NCBI GenBank assembly: GCA_051294375.1
Contig: CM119268.1
Location: 7,836,632-7,900,631, forward strand
Direction: 5' to 3'
DNA: 64,000 bases
DNA from: Paraspadella gotoi
Taxonomy: Eukaryota; Animalia; Chaetognatha
Shown: one piece after another, positions 23,792 through 41,200 of the stretch
Layout: each line of letters opens with the position of its first letter
How positions within the stretch are numbered: the first letter of the stretch is position 1
Translations under genes and position numbers: made by a program
Notes under the pieces: generated by a model
Database searches by the model: none
The model's input: the letters and a program-made list of their open reading frames with translations, nothing else
Told to the model about the DNA's origin: nothing

Positions 23792-25047
23792 AGAGAGAGA
23801 GAAGAGAGGAGAAAGAAGAGAGGGAACCGTTGTAAGTAGCTGAATTCGAACCAAAGGAGAGAAGAGGATCTTTCACGCCTCCCAGGGCGTCGTCGGCATC
23901 GGCAATCGGCGATGGCATCGGATAGAGATCTGGCCACAGCGGCATCGAGACATCGATCGTTGGCGGCATCTGTCGGCCTTCGGCATCGCCAAAACACTTT
24001 TTTTCAGCCTGACTGATTCGCGAATACTATTTGTTTCATGAAATTTTAAACAAAAAGAGAAGTGATTTGCCCGGAAATCGTCCCTTAACAAAACACTTGC
24101 AACTTCGTTCGCCGTAAATTAACAATGCAATCGATAAACAGTGGAACTTGGAAATCGCAGGAGTTCGACTAGATCGACGGTTCCTGATCGTGAGTCCTGG
24201 ATGGCGGTTTTGTGAATAAAGATCACAGGATCGGGGAGTGAGAGATGACGGGAAAATAGATCACTGGTCATCGGGGATTTGAAGAGCGGCGGGAAAAAAA
24301 TCGAGGGATCCGGGGAATTCGGAGATTCCGGAATCGTGGGGATCAACTTAAGTAAATCGGTTGAGATGTAATTTGTTTTTATTTTCTTTTATCTCTTTCT
24401 TTCTGCTCCTTTTCTGAGTTTCTGTCTGGGAATATTTTTACGTCCTGATTGTTTGCTTCCCTGAGAAAAAATAAGGTGTAGAAAGATAAATATATAGAAG
24501 AGGGAATGCTCTCTCTCTCTCTGCTCTCTCTCTCTCTCGTTCTCTCTCTCTCTCTCATTCCTTTCCTCCCTTTCTCTCGCTAGGAAGTTTTATGTGAATT
24601 ACGATTGGAGAAGAGAAAAATTGAAACGTTAAACAGCCACGTAAGGTTTTTGTAAAGAAACCTCATTATAACGTATAACGAAAGGGGTATTCCCATGTCA
24701 GTTCATTTTAAGGGTCACTTCGGTCTTTCAGAACTTGATCCTAGATTCCATCAGGCGTTTCATTTCTTTTTTTTTTTTTTTTGTTTGAACCGCCCATTTA
24801 AAATCGGGGAAAAAAGAGTCGATGGCGGAATATTTCTCGAAATTCGATTTAATTCCTCTTAAGATTAGATTAGAAGTGAAACATATGTTTGCACGATTCT
24901 GCCTTCGAAGGGTAAATGGCAACTTGGGAGTCCTGAGATCGAGCGAATGCCAAACGTATGCGGTGACGATATGGTTTAAAGAACTACTGACGCGATCAGA
25001 TGACTCTGAAAAATTAAAATACCGTTTAGAGAGATGCTGTGAAGATA

Positions 25048-25226
25048 ATGGTTGTTCTGGGTTAGAGTTAGCCACTTCACGCGTCACTTGTTATTTCTTT
25101 GTTGATTATATTTCTTTTTTTTTTTTGTAATGTTTTATCTATTTTTCTCGAATTGACCTCCAGATTGTCACTGAAGAGCCGAAGGTTGTCGAACGAAAGG
25201 TTCGGAAAATAAAAAAAAAAACAGAA

Positions 25227-25280
<54 letters not shown>

Positions 25281-25788
25281 AGAGAGGAGAGAGAGAGAGG
25301 AGAGAAGAGAGAAGATTATTAACCTCCATTCCTTTATAATTTAATAGATTGCCCTCTGTTCTCTGGAAGAAAAAGAGACCAACTGTAGCCCTTTTATTCT
25401 CTTTCGCAAAATCCCGCCTGCAGCGTTATTAACAGCTTACAGTGGAAATGTCTCTCCTCTCTTGCTCTCTCTCCTCTCTCTCTCTCCTTCTCTTCCTTCC
25501 TCCTCTCTTTGTCTCCTTATCTATATAGAGCTTTAGTGATACGAGGATATGGTATCGTGAAAAAGGTTTTCTCTGTCGCGTCCCTCGATTTCCGCTTCCT
25601 TTTTTCTCTTAATTTTTATTCTCCTTTTTTCTTTATTTCCTTTTTTCCTTTTTTCTTTCGCTTTTTTTTTTTTTTTTGGGTCGTTTTTCAATTTCTTTTC
25701 TTTATTTTTTCTCGTCTCGAATTGCTTTCATGAGTCTGCTGAGAGTAAAAAAAGGCCCCTTCCCAAGAAAGGGTGAGAGAGAGAGAAC

Positions 25789-25823
<35 letters not shown>

Positions 25824-27506
25824 GAGGAGAGAGAGAGAGTTATTGAAACTCGGTAAGAAAACACTTAAACCACAGGGGCCCTATTGTTTGTGCACCAGGC
25901 GTCCGCCATTTTCGGATGAAAAAGCGTTTGAGTTCCTTTTTTTTCCCTTCCGTTTTAAATTCTACGCGTAAACTAATCGAATGACTGTTGTTATTGTTAA
26001 AATTGGGATTAGGTTTTACAAATATATATGTACCACAGAAGTTTAATTAGAGACTCTCTATCTGTCTCTCTCTCTCTCATCTTTTCTCTCTCTCTCTTAA
26101 TTCGAATGACTGGTTGTTAATTTGTTAATCGGGATTAGGTTATACAAATATAATATGTACCCACAGACGTAATTTAGAGACTCCCTCTCTCTCTCTCTTT
26201 TCTCTCTCTCTTCTCTCTCTTTCTCTCTCTCCTCTCTCTCTCTCTTCTTCTCTCTCGCTCTCTCTCTCTCTCCTCTCTCATCGTCTCTCCTCTCTCTCTC
26301 TCTCTCCATCGGCTCCGTCTCTAACTCTTTGTCTCTATCTTATTTTCCAGTGATCGATTGTGGCAAGATCTTCCCCCTCTTCAGCATTCGCTTCATCCCA
26401 AAAAGTTTTTCAACACCTGCTGCGACCAGATTTTTGAGACGCCCCTCTGCGGGTGAAAAGGCTGCGGTCGATGAACGCGATGATAACGAATTATGGCGAC
26501 GAGGAGGGCGGCGGGCGGCGGCGGCGGCGGCACGGCGGGCGGCGCCCACTTCGCCCCGGAGGCCTTCGGTATTCTTGTCCTTAAAAGGACGATCAATTAA
26601 TATCACGATCCTCGTGCTTTCCTCTTTCTGTCATACTGACAAACACAGATTTGAAAAAACGAAATGAAACGACTTGTTTATAAATTTGTTAACCAGTTTT
26701 AAAATCTTATTTAAAAAACTCGACTTATTAAAAATAGAATAAAAAGATTTAGACAATTTAAATGGACAGAGAAGAGCGGCCATTTTGTATCCGATCGGAG
26801 TTTCGACTTGGTTTCAGACGCCGGTTTAATCTTCTTTTATGAGATAAAAGGGAATAATTTCTCTTCATCTCTTTTATTTCTCTTTATTCTTTTTATTCTC
26901 TTCTCTTTCCTTTCTTTTCTCTCATGCCCCAAACCGTCTCGGTTTCGAAAATGGAAATACCTTCATAATGAAAGATAGCGCAGTATTCAACGCAGGTCAA
27001 GAAAATTTCAACACCTTAAAGGTGGCCATAATAGAAATATACCTGAGCGTTGGTCCCTTGATATTTAAACACCGTATTATTTAATATATTTAACATTCCC
27101 TTTTTACTACTATCATTCCTTTCTTGTCATATCATATTGTCAATCTTTTCATCGAACTTTTTTCCTCCATAATTTATTGTCCAAATCCTGGGCTTTTTTC
27201 CCCGCCAAATCAACCCTAGAGGCTGGAATTTAATCCTCAGCCGCAACCCCACCTCCCATCTTGCATCGAAACACCCTACCCAGTCCTCCTCCCTTGATCC
27301 CCTCTTCGGGCTTCGATGCGTCAATTATACTGAGCGAGAGGCTCGGATGAACGCGCCGATAGAGGACTTATATTGATTAGCTCTCTCTTACTCCTCCGTC
27401 TCTTTCCTTTCTCCATCTCTCTATCTCTCTCTCTCTCTCTCCTCCTCTCTCTCTCTCCTCTCTCTTCTCCTCTCTCTCTCTGTCTGTTCAGAACAGAGGA
27501 TTATAG
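25048..27506 (+). CDS. Putative small secreted Cys-rich peptide precursor, copy 1 (exons ~25048-25199, 25529-25551, 26351-26568, 27492-27506; indel-noisy)
   Basis: Acceptors and donors shared with copy 2; this copy supplies ...IVTEEPKVVERK before the peptide. Confidence 0.35.
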
Positions 27507-30500
27507 GCATCTAACATTAAAATTAATCAAACTGGATCTTTATATCCAGCCGTATTGCATACTGAGACTTGCATCATCGCCGCCGTGACTGCCGCCGCCG
27601 CTTCCCCGCCACTGACGCCACTTGCCAACCGGCTGCCGCGCCGTAACTGCCCGCCGCCAATCGATGGTCTTAGTCTCTATTCCTGTCGTCCCCCCTCTGG
27701 GTTTTTTCGTTATTCACAATAATAAAAAAAAATTCTTTGTCTTCGGAAATCCGGCACGCTTTCCCTCATAGACGGAAATGGAATGGCTGAAGGGGCTTCA
27801 TTGTTTATCGTAATACGTATTAAAGGGAAGTTTTGATGTTTATCTTGATTTTGAACTAATATTTAAATGGATTTAAACCCGCGTTTCATGTTTTGTCATC
27901 AGGAATAACAGTTTTTTTGGTTTTAATAACGAGTTATGACAATTTATAGTCGGACATAGTCCATACAAAGCAGTTTCGAATGCTTCCTATTAACAAAAGG
28001 AAGTACAACATTAGAATTAGCTTTTAAATTAAATCAAAATTGTATATTAACTGGGCATAACAAACAACGTTAGATGAACTCTTGCCCCAAATATTCTACG
28101 ATCCGAGGAGCAGACGAATTCATAGAGAGAATAAAGCAAAAAAAAATGTGGGCCGATGAATAATCATCTCTGATATTCAATCTTATCACGCGATTAAATC
28201 CCTCGTTTTCCATGATTCATATTCCATCCCAAAATCGTCCCGAGGCTCCGTAACAATCGGGTAAGTCAATCTCGTGTCGGAATTCGGCCGAAGAGTAAGG
28301 AGTTTTAATTCGGAAGGGGGCATCTATCTCTCCCCGGATGGTAAATAGGAAAGTGGAAGGGAGAAATCTTCTTGTCAATAATTTTTTTTTTCAAAGATTT
28401 AGTAATATTATCAAAGGGGTTCATGTTTTCTTGTTGCTTTTTTTTTTTCCCAGACTAACCCATAACCTTCCGATGAGTTATATAACTAAAATCTAAATAT
28501 TTTATAATTTTTATTTTATTCCTTTTCTATTTCTGAAAACTCTTTCATTTCTTTAAATATAGAATTAGAACAACCAATTCTATAAATGATGAATCAATAT
28601 TCATTCTTTCAAATAAATAAGTCATATTGCCCCAATTTAATTTACGAGTTAATAACATAGAAAGACACTCTCAAAAGTTTAGTTTGGTAACTTCCAGAGT
28701 TCTTGGCTTCCTTAACATTCAACTGTTTGGTATGATAATCTTTAAAAAAATTATTGGACTTCTCTTAAGTAATGAGATATAAAAAATAATAAGTACTGCC
28801 GCACTAGCATCAAACACCACAAGTGGAAGACTATTAAGAAATTGGTCAACCTTTCACTCCGCCGCTCTATTACTCGATTTGTTCACTATACTTACAGAAG
28901 ATCACCTCACCCCGTCAGATTTGTCTCGTATTCACGTCACAAGCATCTCTCGCTCGCGTATCTCCATCCGGCGGGATTGAGCTGACCTCTTCACAACCTT
29001 AAACGGCACTAGGATGGAGGATGAAAGAATTAAGCTAATTGAAACAAAGTTTTTTTGCTGCATCCGTAATAGAATTAAAAGAAAGATTACTTCTGTTCGG
29101 CAGTTTTCTAATAGAATATCTTACATGCATTCGCTGTAGAAAATCTATTAATGAGACCCATAATATCTTTAAGCCGAAACAAAATATTAATATTTTAATG
29201 TCAAAGCTGGCGAAAAATGACAAAACGTAACATATAATAATTATTACATAGAGAATGAAAAATAGAGAATTTTGACCTTTTTTTAATTTTGCTACTGTAA
29301 CACACATAAGAAATTATAATTTTTATATATTTCAAAAGGAACTTATCCTACACGCCATTTTGTCTTCCAGAATGAATTCTTTCTTAAATCAACTCCCTAC
29401 TCACCAGCCGCGTGGAGGGAACCTTTCTCTCTCCAACGCCTGCTCACTACCTATCACGCGCACCAACGCGAAGTGAGTGAACCTCTCTCTCTCTCTCTCT
29501 CTCTCTCTCCTTTCTCTCTCCTCTCTCTCTCTCCTTCTCCCTCTATCTCTCTCTCTCCTCTCTCCTCCTCTCCTCCTCTCTCTCTCTCTTATCCGTGTGA
29601 TGAGGCCAAATTCACGAGTGTCCAAAGCAGGAAACCGATCATGTTTGACGTCAGATACGAAGAGGGGAGAACCGAGAAGGGGAAGAGAGGGGAAGGGAAA
29701 AAAAAGAGGAAAGGAATAAGAAAGATACGAGGGTGTGAAAAGAGGAACGAAGAGAGAACGAGTGTATAAGAAAAGAATTAGAAACAAATACGTTATACAC
29801 GCAGAAGGGGAGAGAGAGAGAGAGAGAGAGAGATTTCTCTCCTTTTTTTTCGCTTGGCGGCTGTAATTACGCTATTTGCAGCGTAAGTGGCTGTAATGGA
29901 CGAGCTACAGATGAACGAACGAAGGGGCGAGAGAGAAGATCTTATCGATTAAGAAAAACATTATTTTTTGGCCTTTAATGTTTTTTGGCCTTTAATGTTT
30001 TTGACCTTTAATGTTTTAAACATAAATGGATGATGACCGAAATGGGATATTGTTTCGCTGTTCGGATTCAAGTCTTTATTAATTCGACTGTCAGTCGCAT
30101 GAAAATTAATAAGAAGCTTTAACTTAACTTGCTAACATTAAACTTAATTAAAGAAAATACTCCTCGTTGACAACGTTCTTCATTTTATTACTTAATATCT
30201 TTGTCGTCGTCATGATGAATCAGACTAAGTCTCTAACGCAGTTCTTCTCGATTTTTTGTAGTTAATTCGTCCCAGTCATTTCCCGCCCTCACGTTTACTG
30301 AATTCTTCCTAGTTTATCGATATATATTTATATAGCTGTGAAATCAGTTGTCAATACTCTCATACCTATTCTCACCTCGCACCTATCAAAGTCTTTATCA
30401 CAATCTCGTGACGACGGGGGCGAAAATCACGAATCACAATCCCTCGATTGTTAAAACGCGAATTTTAATCGTGAATTGGGCTCAGACCGGCCGACAAAAG

Positions 30501-31072
30501 CCGACTGCTCGATCGCCGTGAATAAAAAGCGGAGAAATTGCCAAATCACTGCCGCCTCCTCCTCTTCTTCCTCTTCTTTCTATTCCTCTTCCTTCTCCTC
30601 TCCCTCTTACTCTTTGTCTTTGTCTTACTCATAGACTCTTTGTCTCATTCTTCATCTTTCTCTCTCTGCTTTTCGTCTTTTAGATTTTTAATTTTCTTCC
30701 TTTTTATTTTTCTCTTTCTCATTTCTTCTAATTTTCCCCAAAGCATTTCTTAGAAATCTTTTCAGGCTCTCTACCACTTCTATTTGCTCTATTTTAGTCG
30801 TTTATTTATTCTTCTCTCTATTTCTTATCTCATCCTCTCTACCTCCCCCCCTTCCTCAATTTTCTTTTCTCTTCCTAGATTTGGTCCTCCTCCTCTTCCT
30901 CCTCCTCCTCCTCCTCCTCTTCCTCCTCACTCCGTCCTTTTGTCCTTCCAATAGGGGGATTAGTCCCCAAAACATAATTCAGAGCTGGAGAGGGGGTTTT
31001 TGTAAAAAGCGGTTCAGGTAACAAAAGCTCAAGGTGTTTAAGCCGTCTAATCCTTGTATCATATTCGGCAAA

Positions 31073-31114
<42 letters not shown>

Positions 31115-31180
31115 TGTTGCCTCCTATCGAATTCTTGTCGTCATTGTGCGTTGTTCGGAGTATTAGTCATATATAATTTG

Positions 31181-31215
<35 letters not shown>

Positions 31216-31483
31216 NNNNNNNNNNNNNNNNNNNNNNNNNNNNNNNNNNNNNNNNNNNNNNNNNNNNNNNNNNNNNNNNNNNNNNNNNNNNNNNNNNNNN
31301 NNNNNNNNNNNNNNNNNNNNNNNNNNNNNNNNNNNNNNNNNNNNNNNNNNNNNNNNNNNNNNNNNNNNNNNNNNNNNNNNNNNNNNNNNNNNNNNNNNNN
31401 NNNNNNNNNNNNNNNNNNNNNNNNNNNNNNNNNNNNNNNNNNNNNNNNNNNNNNNNNNNNNNNNNNNNNNNNNNNNNNNNNNN

Positions 31484-31517
<34 letters not shown>

Positions 31518-32163
31518 TCGTTGTAAGTAGCTGACATTCGAACCAAAGAGAGAAGAGGATCTTTTCGCCTCCCAGGGCGTCGTCGGCATCGGCGAGCATC
31601 TGGTCGCACAGCGGCATCCGACGACATCATTCGTTGGCGGCATCTGTCGGCATCTGTCGGCATCTGTCGGCCCGGAAAACATTTTTTTCAGCCTTGACTG
31701 ATTCCGAATACTATTTGTTTCATCGAATTTTAAACAAAAAGAGACTGATTTTGCCCGAAATCGTCCTTAACAAACACATTGCAACTTCGTCGCTAACTTA
31801 ACAATGCAATCGCATAAACAGTGACTTGGAATCCAGGATTCACTAGATCGACGGTTCCTGATTCGTGAGTCTGGTGCGTTTGTGAATAAAGATCACAGGA
31901 TCGGGGAGTGAGGATGACGGGAAAATAATCACTGGTCATCGGGGATTTGAAAGCGCGGGAAAAAAATCGAGGAATCCGGGGAATCGGAGATTCCGGGGAT
32001 CCGGGGATCAACTAAGTAAATCGGTTGAGATGTAATTTGTTTTTATTTTCTTTTATCTCTTTTCTTCTCTCCTTTTCTGAGTTTCTGTCTGGGAATTTTT
32101 ACGTCTGGATTTTTTCTTCCCTGAGAAAAATAAGTGTAGAAAGATAATATACGAAGAGGGAAT

Positions 32164-32212
<49 letters not shown>

Positions 32213-32638
32213 ACGAAGTTTATGTGAATTACGATTGGGAGAAGAGAAAAAATTGAACGTTAACAGCCACGTAAGGTTTTTGTAAAAAACCTCATTATAA
32301 CGTATAACGAAAGGATTCTCCATGTCAGGTCATTTAAGGTCACTTCGTCTTTAACTTGATCCTAGATTCCATCAGCGTTCATTTTCTTTTTTTTTTTTTT
32401 TTTGAACCGCCCATTAAATCGGGGAAAAAGATCGATGGCGGAATATTTCTCGAAATCGATTTAATCCTCTTAAGATTAGATTAGAAGTGAACAATTGGCA
32501 ACGATTCTGCTTCGAAGGGAAATGGCAACTTGGGAGCCTGAGATCGAGCGATCCAAACGATGCGGTGACGAATGGTTAAAACTACTGACCGATCAGAGAC
32601 TCGAAAAATTACCGTTTAAGAGAGATGCTGTGAAGATA

Positions 32639-35105
<2,467 letters not shown>

Positions 35106-37070
35106 GCATCTAACATTAAAATTATAATCAAAATCTGGATCTTTAATCCCAGCCGTATTGCATACTGAGACTTGCATCATCGCCGCCGTGACTGCCGCCG
35201 CCGCTTCCGCCGCCACTGACGCCACTGCCACCGCTGCCGCCGCCGCTACTGCCGCCGCCAATGATGGTCTTAGTCTCTATTCTGTCGCCTCTGGGTTTTT
35301 CGTTTATTCATCAATAATAAAAAAAAATTCTTTGTCTTCGGAAATCCGGCACGCTTTCCCTCATAGACGGAAATGGAATGGCTGAAGGGGCTTTCATTGT
35401 TTATACGTAATACGTATTAAAGGGAGTTTTTGATTGTTTTATCTTGATTTTGAAACTAATATTTAAATGATTTAAACCCGCGTTTTCAATGTTTTTGTCT
35501 TTCAGGAATAACAGTTTTTGTGTTTTAATAACGAGTTATGACAATTTATAGTCGGACATAGTCATACAAGCAGTTTCGAATGCTTCCTAATTAAACAAAA
35601 GAAGTACACATTAGAATTAGCTTTTAAATTAATCAAAATTGTATATTAACTGGGCATAACAAACAACGTTAGATGATCTCTTGCCCAAATATTCTACGAT
35701 CCGAGGAGCAGACGAATTCATAGAGAGAATAAAGCAAAAAAAAAATGTGGGGCCGATGATATCATCTCTGATATTCAATTCCTTATCACGCGATTAATGC
35801 CCTCGGTTTTTCCATGATTCAATATTTCAATCCCAAATCGTCCGAGGCTCCGTAACAATCGGGTAAAGTCAATCTCGTGTCGGAATTCGGCCGAAGAGTA
35901 AGGAGTTTTAATTCGGAGGGGGCATCTATCTCTCCCCGGATGTAAATAGGAAAGTGGAAGGGAGAATCTTCTGTCAATAATTTTTTTTTCAAAGATTTAG
36001 TAAATATTATCAAAGGGGTTCATGTTTTCTTTGTTTGCTTTTTTTTTCCAGCTAACCCATAACTTCCGATGAGTTATATAACTAAAATCTAAATATTTTT
36101 ATAATTTTTATTTTATTCCTTTTCTATTTCTGAAAACTCTTCATTTCTTTAAATATAGAATTAGAACAACCAATTCTATAATGATGATTCAATATTCATT
36201 CTTTCAATAAATAAGTCATATTGCCCCATTTATCCCTCTTACGAGTTAATAACATAGAAAGACACTCTCAAAGTTTAGTTTGGTAACTTCCAGAGTTCTT
36301 GGCTTCCTTACATATCACTGTAGTGGTATGATATCTTTAAAAAAATTTAATTGGACTTCTCTTAAGTATGAGATTATAAAATAATAATGTACTGCCCACT
36401 AGCATCAACCCACAAGTGGAAGACTATTAAGAAATTGTCACCTTTCACTCCGCCGCTCTATTCACCGATTTGTTCACTATACTTACAGAAGATCACCTCA
36501 CCCCGTCAGATTTGTCTCGTATTCACGTCACAAGCATCTCTCGCTCGCGTATCTCCATCCGGCGGGAGTGAGCTGACCTCTTCACAACCTTAAACGCGCA
36601 CTAGGATGGAGCGATGAAAAGATTAAGCTAATTGACAATAGTTTTTTGCTGCCTCCGTAGATAGAATTAAAGAAAAGATTACTTTCTGTTCCAGTTTTCT
36701 AATAGATATCTTACATCATTCCTGTTAGAAAATCATTAATGAGAAACCCATAATATCTTTAAGGCCGAACAAAATATATAATATTTTAATGTCAAAGCTG
36801 CGAAAAATGACAAAACCGGTATCATATAATAATTTATTACATAGAGAATGAAAAATAGGAGAATTTTGACCTTTTTTTAAATTTTGACACTGTAGACATA
36901 GAAATTTATAATTTTTATATATTTCAAAAGAACTTATCCACTAACCCATTTTGTCTATCCAGAATGAATTACCTTTCTTAAATCAACTCCCTACTCACTC
37001 CAGCGCGTGAGGGACCTTTCTCTCCACCCTGTCTCACTACCCTACTCACGCGCACCAACGCGAGTGAGTG

Positions 37071-37158
<88 letters not shown>

Positions 37159-37440
37159 ATCCGTGTGGATGAGGCTCGAAATTCACGAGTGTCCAAAGCA
37201 GGAAAACCGATCAATGGTTTGACTCAGATATCGGAAGAGGGGGAGACCGAGAAGGGGAAGAGGAGGGGGAAGGGAAAAAAAAGAGGAAAGGAAATAAGAA
37301 AGATAAAGCGAGGGTGTGAAAAGAAGAGGAACGAAGAAGAGACGAATGTGTATGAAGAAAAGACATTAGAGAACCAATACGTACATACACGCAGAGAGAG
37401 AGAGAGAGACGAGGATGAGAGAGAGAGAGAGAGATAGAGA

Positions 37441-37469
<29 letters not shown>

Positions 37470-37475
<6 letters not shown>

Positions 37476-38233
37476 CAAACGAAGAAAAGAGACTAGAAAC
37501 TCAGAGTCGTATTCTTTGTTTGTTTATTTCGTTGACCTTTGACCTCCTGGCTTCTCTCGATCCGCGCAAACCCCAATACAATTACGCATTTATGAGCGTT
37601 GCGTCGCGTGAGTTGCGTACTGCGTATTGCGTCGAAGGGTCGCGACCCCGAGACGTATCGTCTTTTTGCTTTCTTTTTTTTTTTTTTGGCTGCGGGTTCG
37701 AGGCGACAGTGGCTACAGTTTCGCGCCGAGAATGTGAAGCTTCCTTATCTCTATTTGTAAACATTTATGATGTGAAGCTAAAACATTTAAAGTTTTTTAT
37801 AACTGAGCAGTGAGCAACGATTTTGAAAGAGATGAGTTTAAAATAAACTTTATTTTCCATTAGTTTTTAACCACTCTACTTTAAGGAATTCTATTTAGTT
37901 AGACTATTGCAACCTGTAATCAAATTGCAAGAAAAGAGAACGACATTCAAGGGTTTTTTATCATTGCTGTGTAGAGAAAATTATAATGAAGCATCTATTG
38001 TCTTTGGCCCAAAGTTGCCTTTGGCTCGGCAAGGATTGTTGTGACAAAAAACCGTAAAAGCTCATGGAATATCTTAAAGTGAAGGCGTTTCATTCCGGCG
38101 TCAACAGAGGAGATGATGATGACCTTATAACGGAACCCCGGCTCACTAGCCTCCTCCTCCTCCTCTTCCTCCTCCTCCTCTTCCAGATCTTTTCTTCGCT
38201 CTTCTCCGTTAATCAATAAACTTTTGCCGACAA

Positions 38234-38281
<48 letters not shown>

Positions 38282-41200
38282 CGTCTTCATTACGACTTTC
38301 TTGGCAGCGGAACTCATCAAAAAACGATACCGACGTTTCATCTTCATCTTTTCTTTCCTTCATTTTTCTTCTTCTTCCTCCTTTTTTTTTTCCTCGACGT
38401 CTGTGACTCGTGAGTCAAACTCGTTGGTTCCATCATTTTCTTTTCCTTTCTTCCTATCTTATTTTTGTTTCTGTCCGTCTTTCTTTCTTTCTTTCGTTCG
38501 TTCTTTCTTTCTTTCTTNNNNNNNNNNNNNNNNNNNNNNNNNTCTTTCTTTCTTTGCCTTTCACCTTTCTTTCTTTCTTTCTTCTTTCTTTCTTGTCTTT
38601 CTTTCTTCTTTCTGTCTTCTTTCTTATTCCTCTTCACCTTTTACCTTTCTGTTCCTTCACTCTAGTCCGTATGCGTTGTCCTTCTCTCTACATAATGCTA
38701 CACCCATTCGATCTTTCATTTTCTTCTTCTTCCCCCTGCATATCTACCCTCCCCCCCACCAGTGTATCCACACCGTGGAAAGTATTCATCATTTAGCAAT
38801 TTCTATTGATTTTGGCAAATGTTATTTTGTCTTTAAACTCCTCTTGCCTTTCTATTAAACGTATATTTCGTTTTTTTGTCTTTAGTACGGAATTATTATT
38901 TTCATGACAGTCTTTGCGATGCAAATTGAATTTTTTTTTTGATTGCTGGTTGGTTACCACAGCATTATATCACGTCAGAAAAAACTAATTTTTATAAAGA
39001 ACTATATATTTTTAAATAATCAATCTAACAGCTCTTTCCTGGTTTCTGTTGACATATTATTTTTATTAGGTTTGTAGATATGAAAATTGTCTCAAGTACT
39101 AGTGGCATTAAGTTGGCATAAGTGACTTTAGTAATGAAATTGAGCCTCTCAGAATTTTCCTTAAGTTTATCAGCTTTTAAGTTGTCGGGATATTTTAAGG
39201 GATCATCGAATTAACTTCAAAAAGGATTCAATAGGCTGGGTGTGTGCTGAGACATATTACCCCCTCGGTTGCGGTTTGCGGTTTTCGTTTAAGAAGAAAT
39301 CTGACTTGCAAGTAGACTAGTTTATGTAAAATCGCGAAATTTTTATTTTCTATTATACAATTAACTAAAGAAGTTGCGGAAGGCGACGAAGAGAGAAGAG
39401 AGGAAATGTGAGAGAGAAAAAGAAAGAGGAACGATAGAGAGAGAGAATAAGAGATGCGTGAACTATCAGCCGATGCTCTTTTTGACTAATCAGAGAAAAG
39501 AAGAGAACGAGAGAGAGGAGAGGAGAGAGAGAAGAGAGAGAAGAGTAGGGGAGAGAGAAAAAAAAAAAAAAGACGAGAGAGAGAAGGAAGAGAAGAGAAG
39601 ATGTAATGAGAAGAGAAGAAGGAGAGTTCGTAAACTTTTAGAGCTCATGCCAGAGTAAATACTCATTTGGAAAAGTCAATATAAGAGGAAAGAAAGAGAG
39701 AAAGACGAGGAGAAAAGAGAGGAGAGAGAGAAAGAGAGAAAAAAAATCTTAAAGGATAAGGATCGAGCTCCCTTTCAATCGATAACAAATATGGTGCGAT
39801 GTAAACAAAGGATTGATGCGTATGTAAACCGAAATTGATGCGATTGATAACCAATAATGATGCAGATATACTAATATCAATTTTATGATTACCACGATGA
39901 TTGATGTAGATACATAACAACAAGGTTGAGTCCAATGATTAGTTCATAATTGAATGTCTCTTATTTTTTTAATTTTATTTATTTTCTCGGTTTTTTGTTC
40001 TTTTGTTTCTCATTTTTCGACAATTGGTTTTTCCGTTTTCGCTTTTTGTTTCGTTATAAATAATACTTTGGACGGTTTTTAAATAATAATGATATAAAAA
40101 GGAATATCCGACAAAAATTCGTCTCTAGCTTCCTTCTCTACGTCCCGGCATCATTGCTTCTCCTAAACTTTGTCAAAACATGTTTTTCTTTTGCTTCACA
40201 TTTCGTTTTGTGTTTTTACCCTACTTTTCATTATCAAACATCCTTTTTCCTTTAATTCTTTATTATTCGCGTCACGCTTGTATATTTTCTTGTCTTCAAC
40301 TTCATCATCCTTCATTTCATCAATAGAATCGAATCCAATCGAGAGGAAAGAATTTTTTTTTTCCCTTTGACTCAAGACTCAATTCGCCATCGAACTGAAG
40401 AAGAAAAAGGAGACATCTGGCGAGCGAAAAGCGAAAAGCGAACAACTGAACATCTTTAACGATTTTGCCTGATTGATTTCACGATGAGCGACTGGCATCT
40501 TCGATCAAGTCTTGTATCGGTGAAATGTTTTCTTTAAGCGGTAAAGACTTCTGAAGTATTATTTTCTTTTCTTTTTTATTTCAGTTTCCTTCCTTTTTTT
40601 TCTTCTCTTTTTTTTGTGTTCTCATTTCTTTTCTCCTCTATTCTCTTTTCTTTTCTTTTCTTTTCTTTTCTTTTCTTTTTTTTCTTTTCTTTTTTTCTCT
40701 TTTTTCCTCTTTTCTTTACTTTTCTTTTCTTTTCTTTTCTTTTTTTTCTTTTTTTTTNNNNNNNNNNNNNNNNNNNNNNNNNACTTACTTATAAATTCGG
40801 TTTTTACAGCATTTTTTTCCCTATTTTTCTAAATTTCAATTTTAATTATTTCCAATATTTAATGGTATTTTAAAATTATTGATAGTAGATAGTAACATAT
40901 TACATCATTTACTATTTTTCAAATCTATGGTATTTATTTTTTTTTAACTATTAAAAAAAATATTCAAAGGGAAGAAAATAAAAAAAAAGTTTTTCAACTT
41001 TCTCAAAATTCCTACGCTGAATCAATTTTCGGTTTTTTGAAGGTGAAGTCAAATTGGGAGATATATTTTTGAATATAAGATTGGGGAGATAGTTAAAGGA
41101 GATGAGAGGTAGAGAGGTAGGGAAAGAATAAAAAAAACGAACAAGAAAGATAATGGTGCGGCGGATAAGATAAAGATGGAAAAGAGACGAGAGAAAAAGA

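Noticed and set aside
23820-24000. GC-rich segment with short minus-strand ORFs (MPPTIDVSMPLWP...)
   Set aside because: The two duplicate copies disagree in frame and content, with no consistent splice sites or recognisable protein
24822-25130. Insulin A-chain-like motif ERCCEDNGCSGLELATSRVTC
   Set aside because: The last Cys spacing is wrong in copy 1, copy 2 has a stop in that frame, no B chain with proper spacing was found, and the same bases give a better signal peptide in another frame
35158-35385. Poly-Ala ORF
   Set aside because: No ATG start and (GCC)n-derived; it fits better as the 3' UTR of the peptide candidate
38063-38218. Short ORF MEYLKVKAF...LLLLLFLLLLFQ with a hydrophobic tail
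   Set aside because: The Leu run comes from a (CTC)n microsatellite and the frame is not kept in the duplicate at 44330-44510
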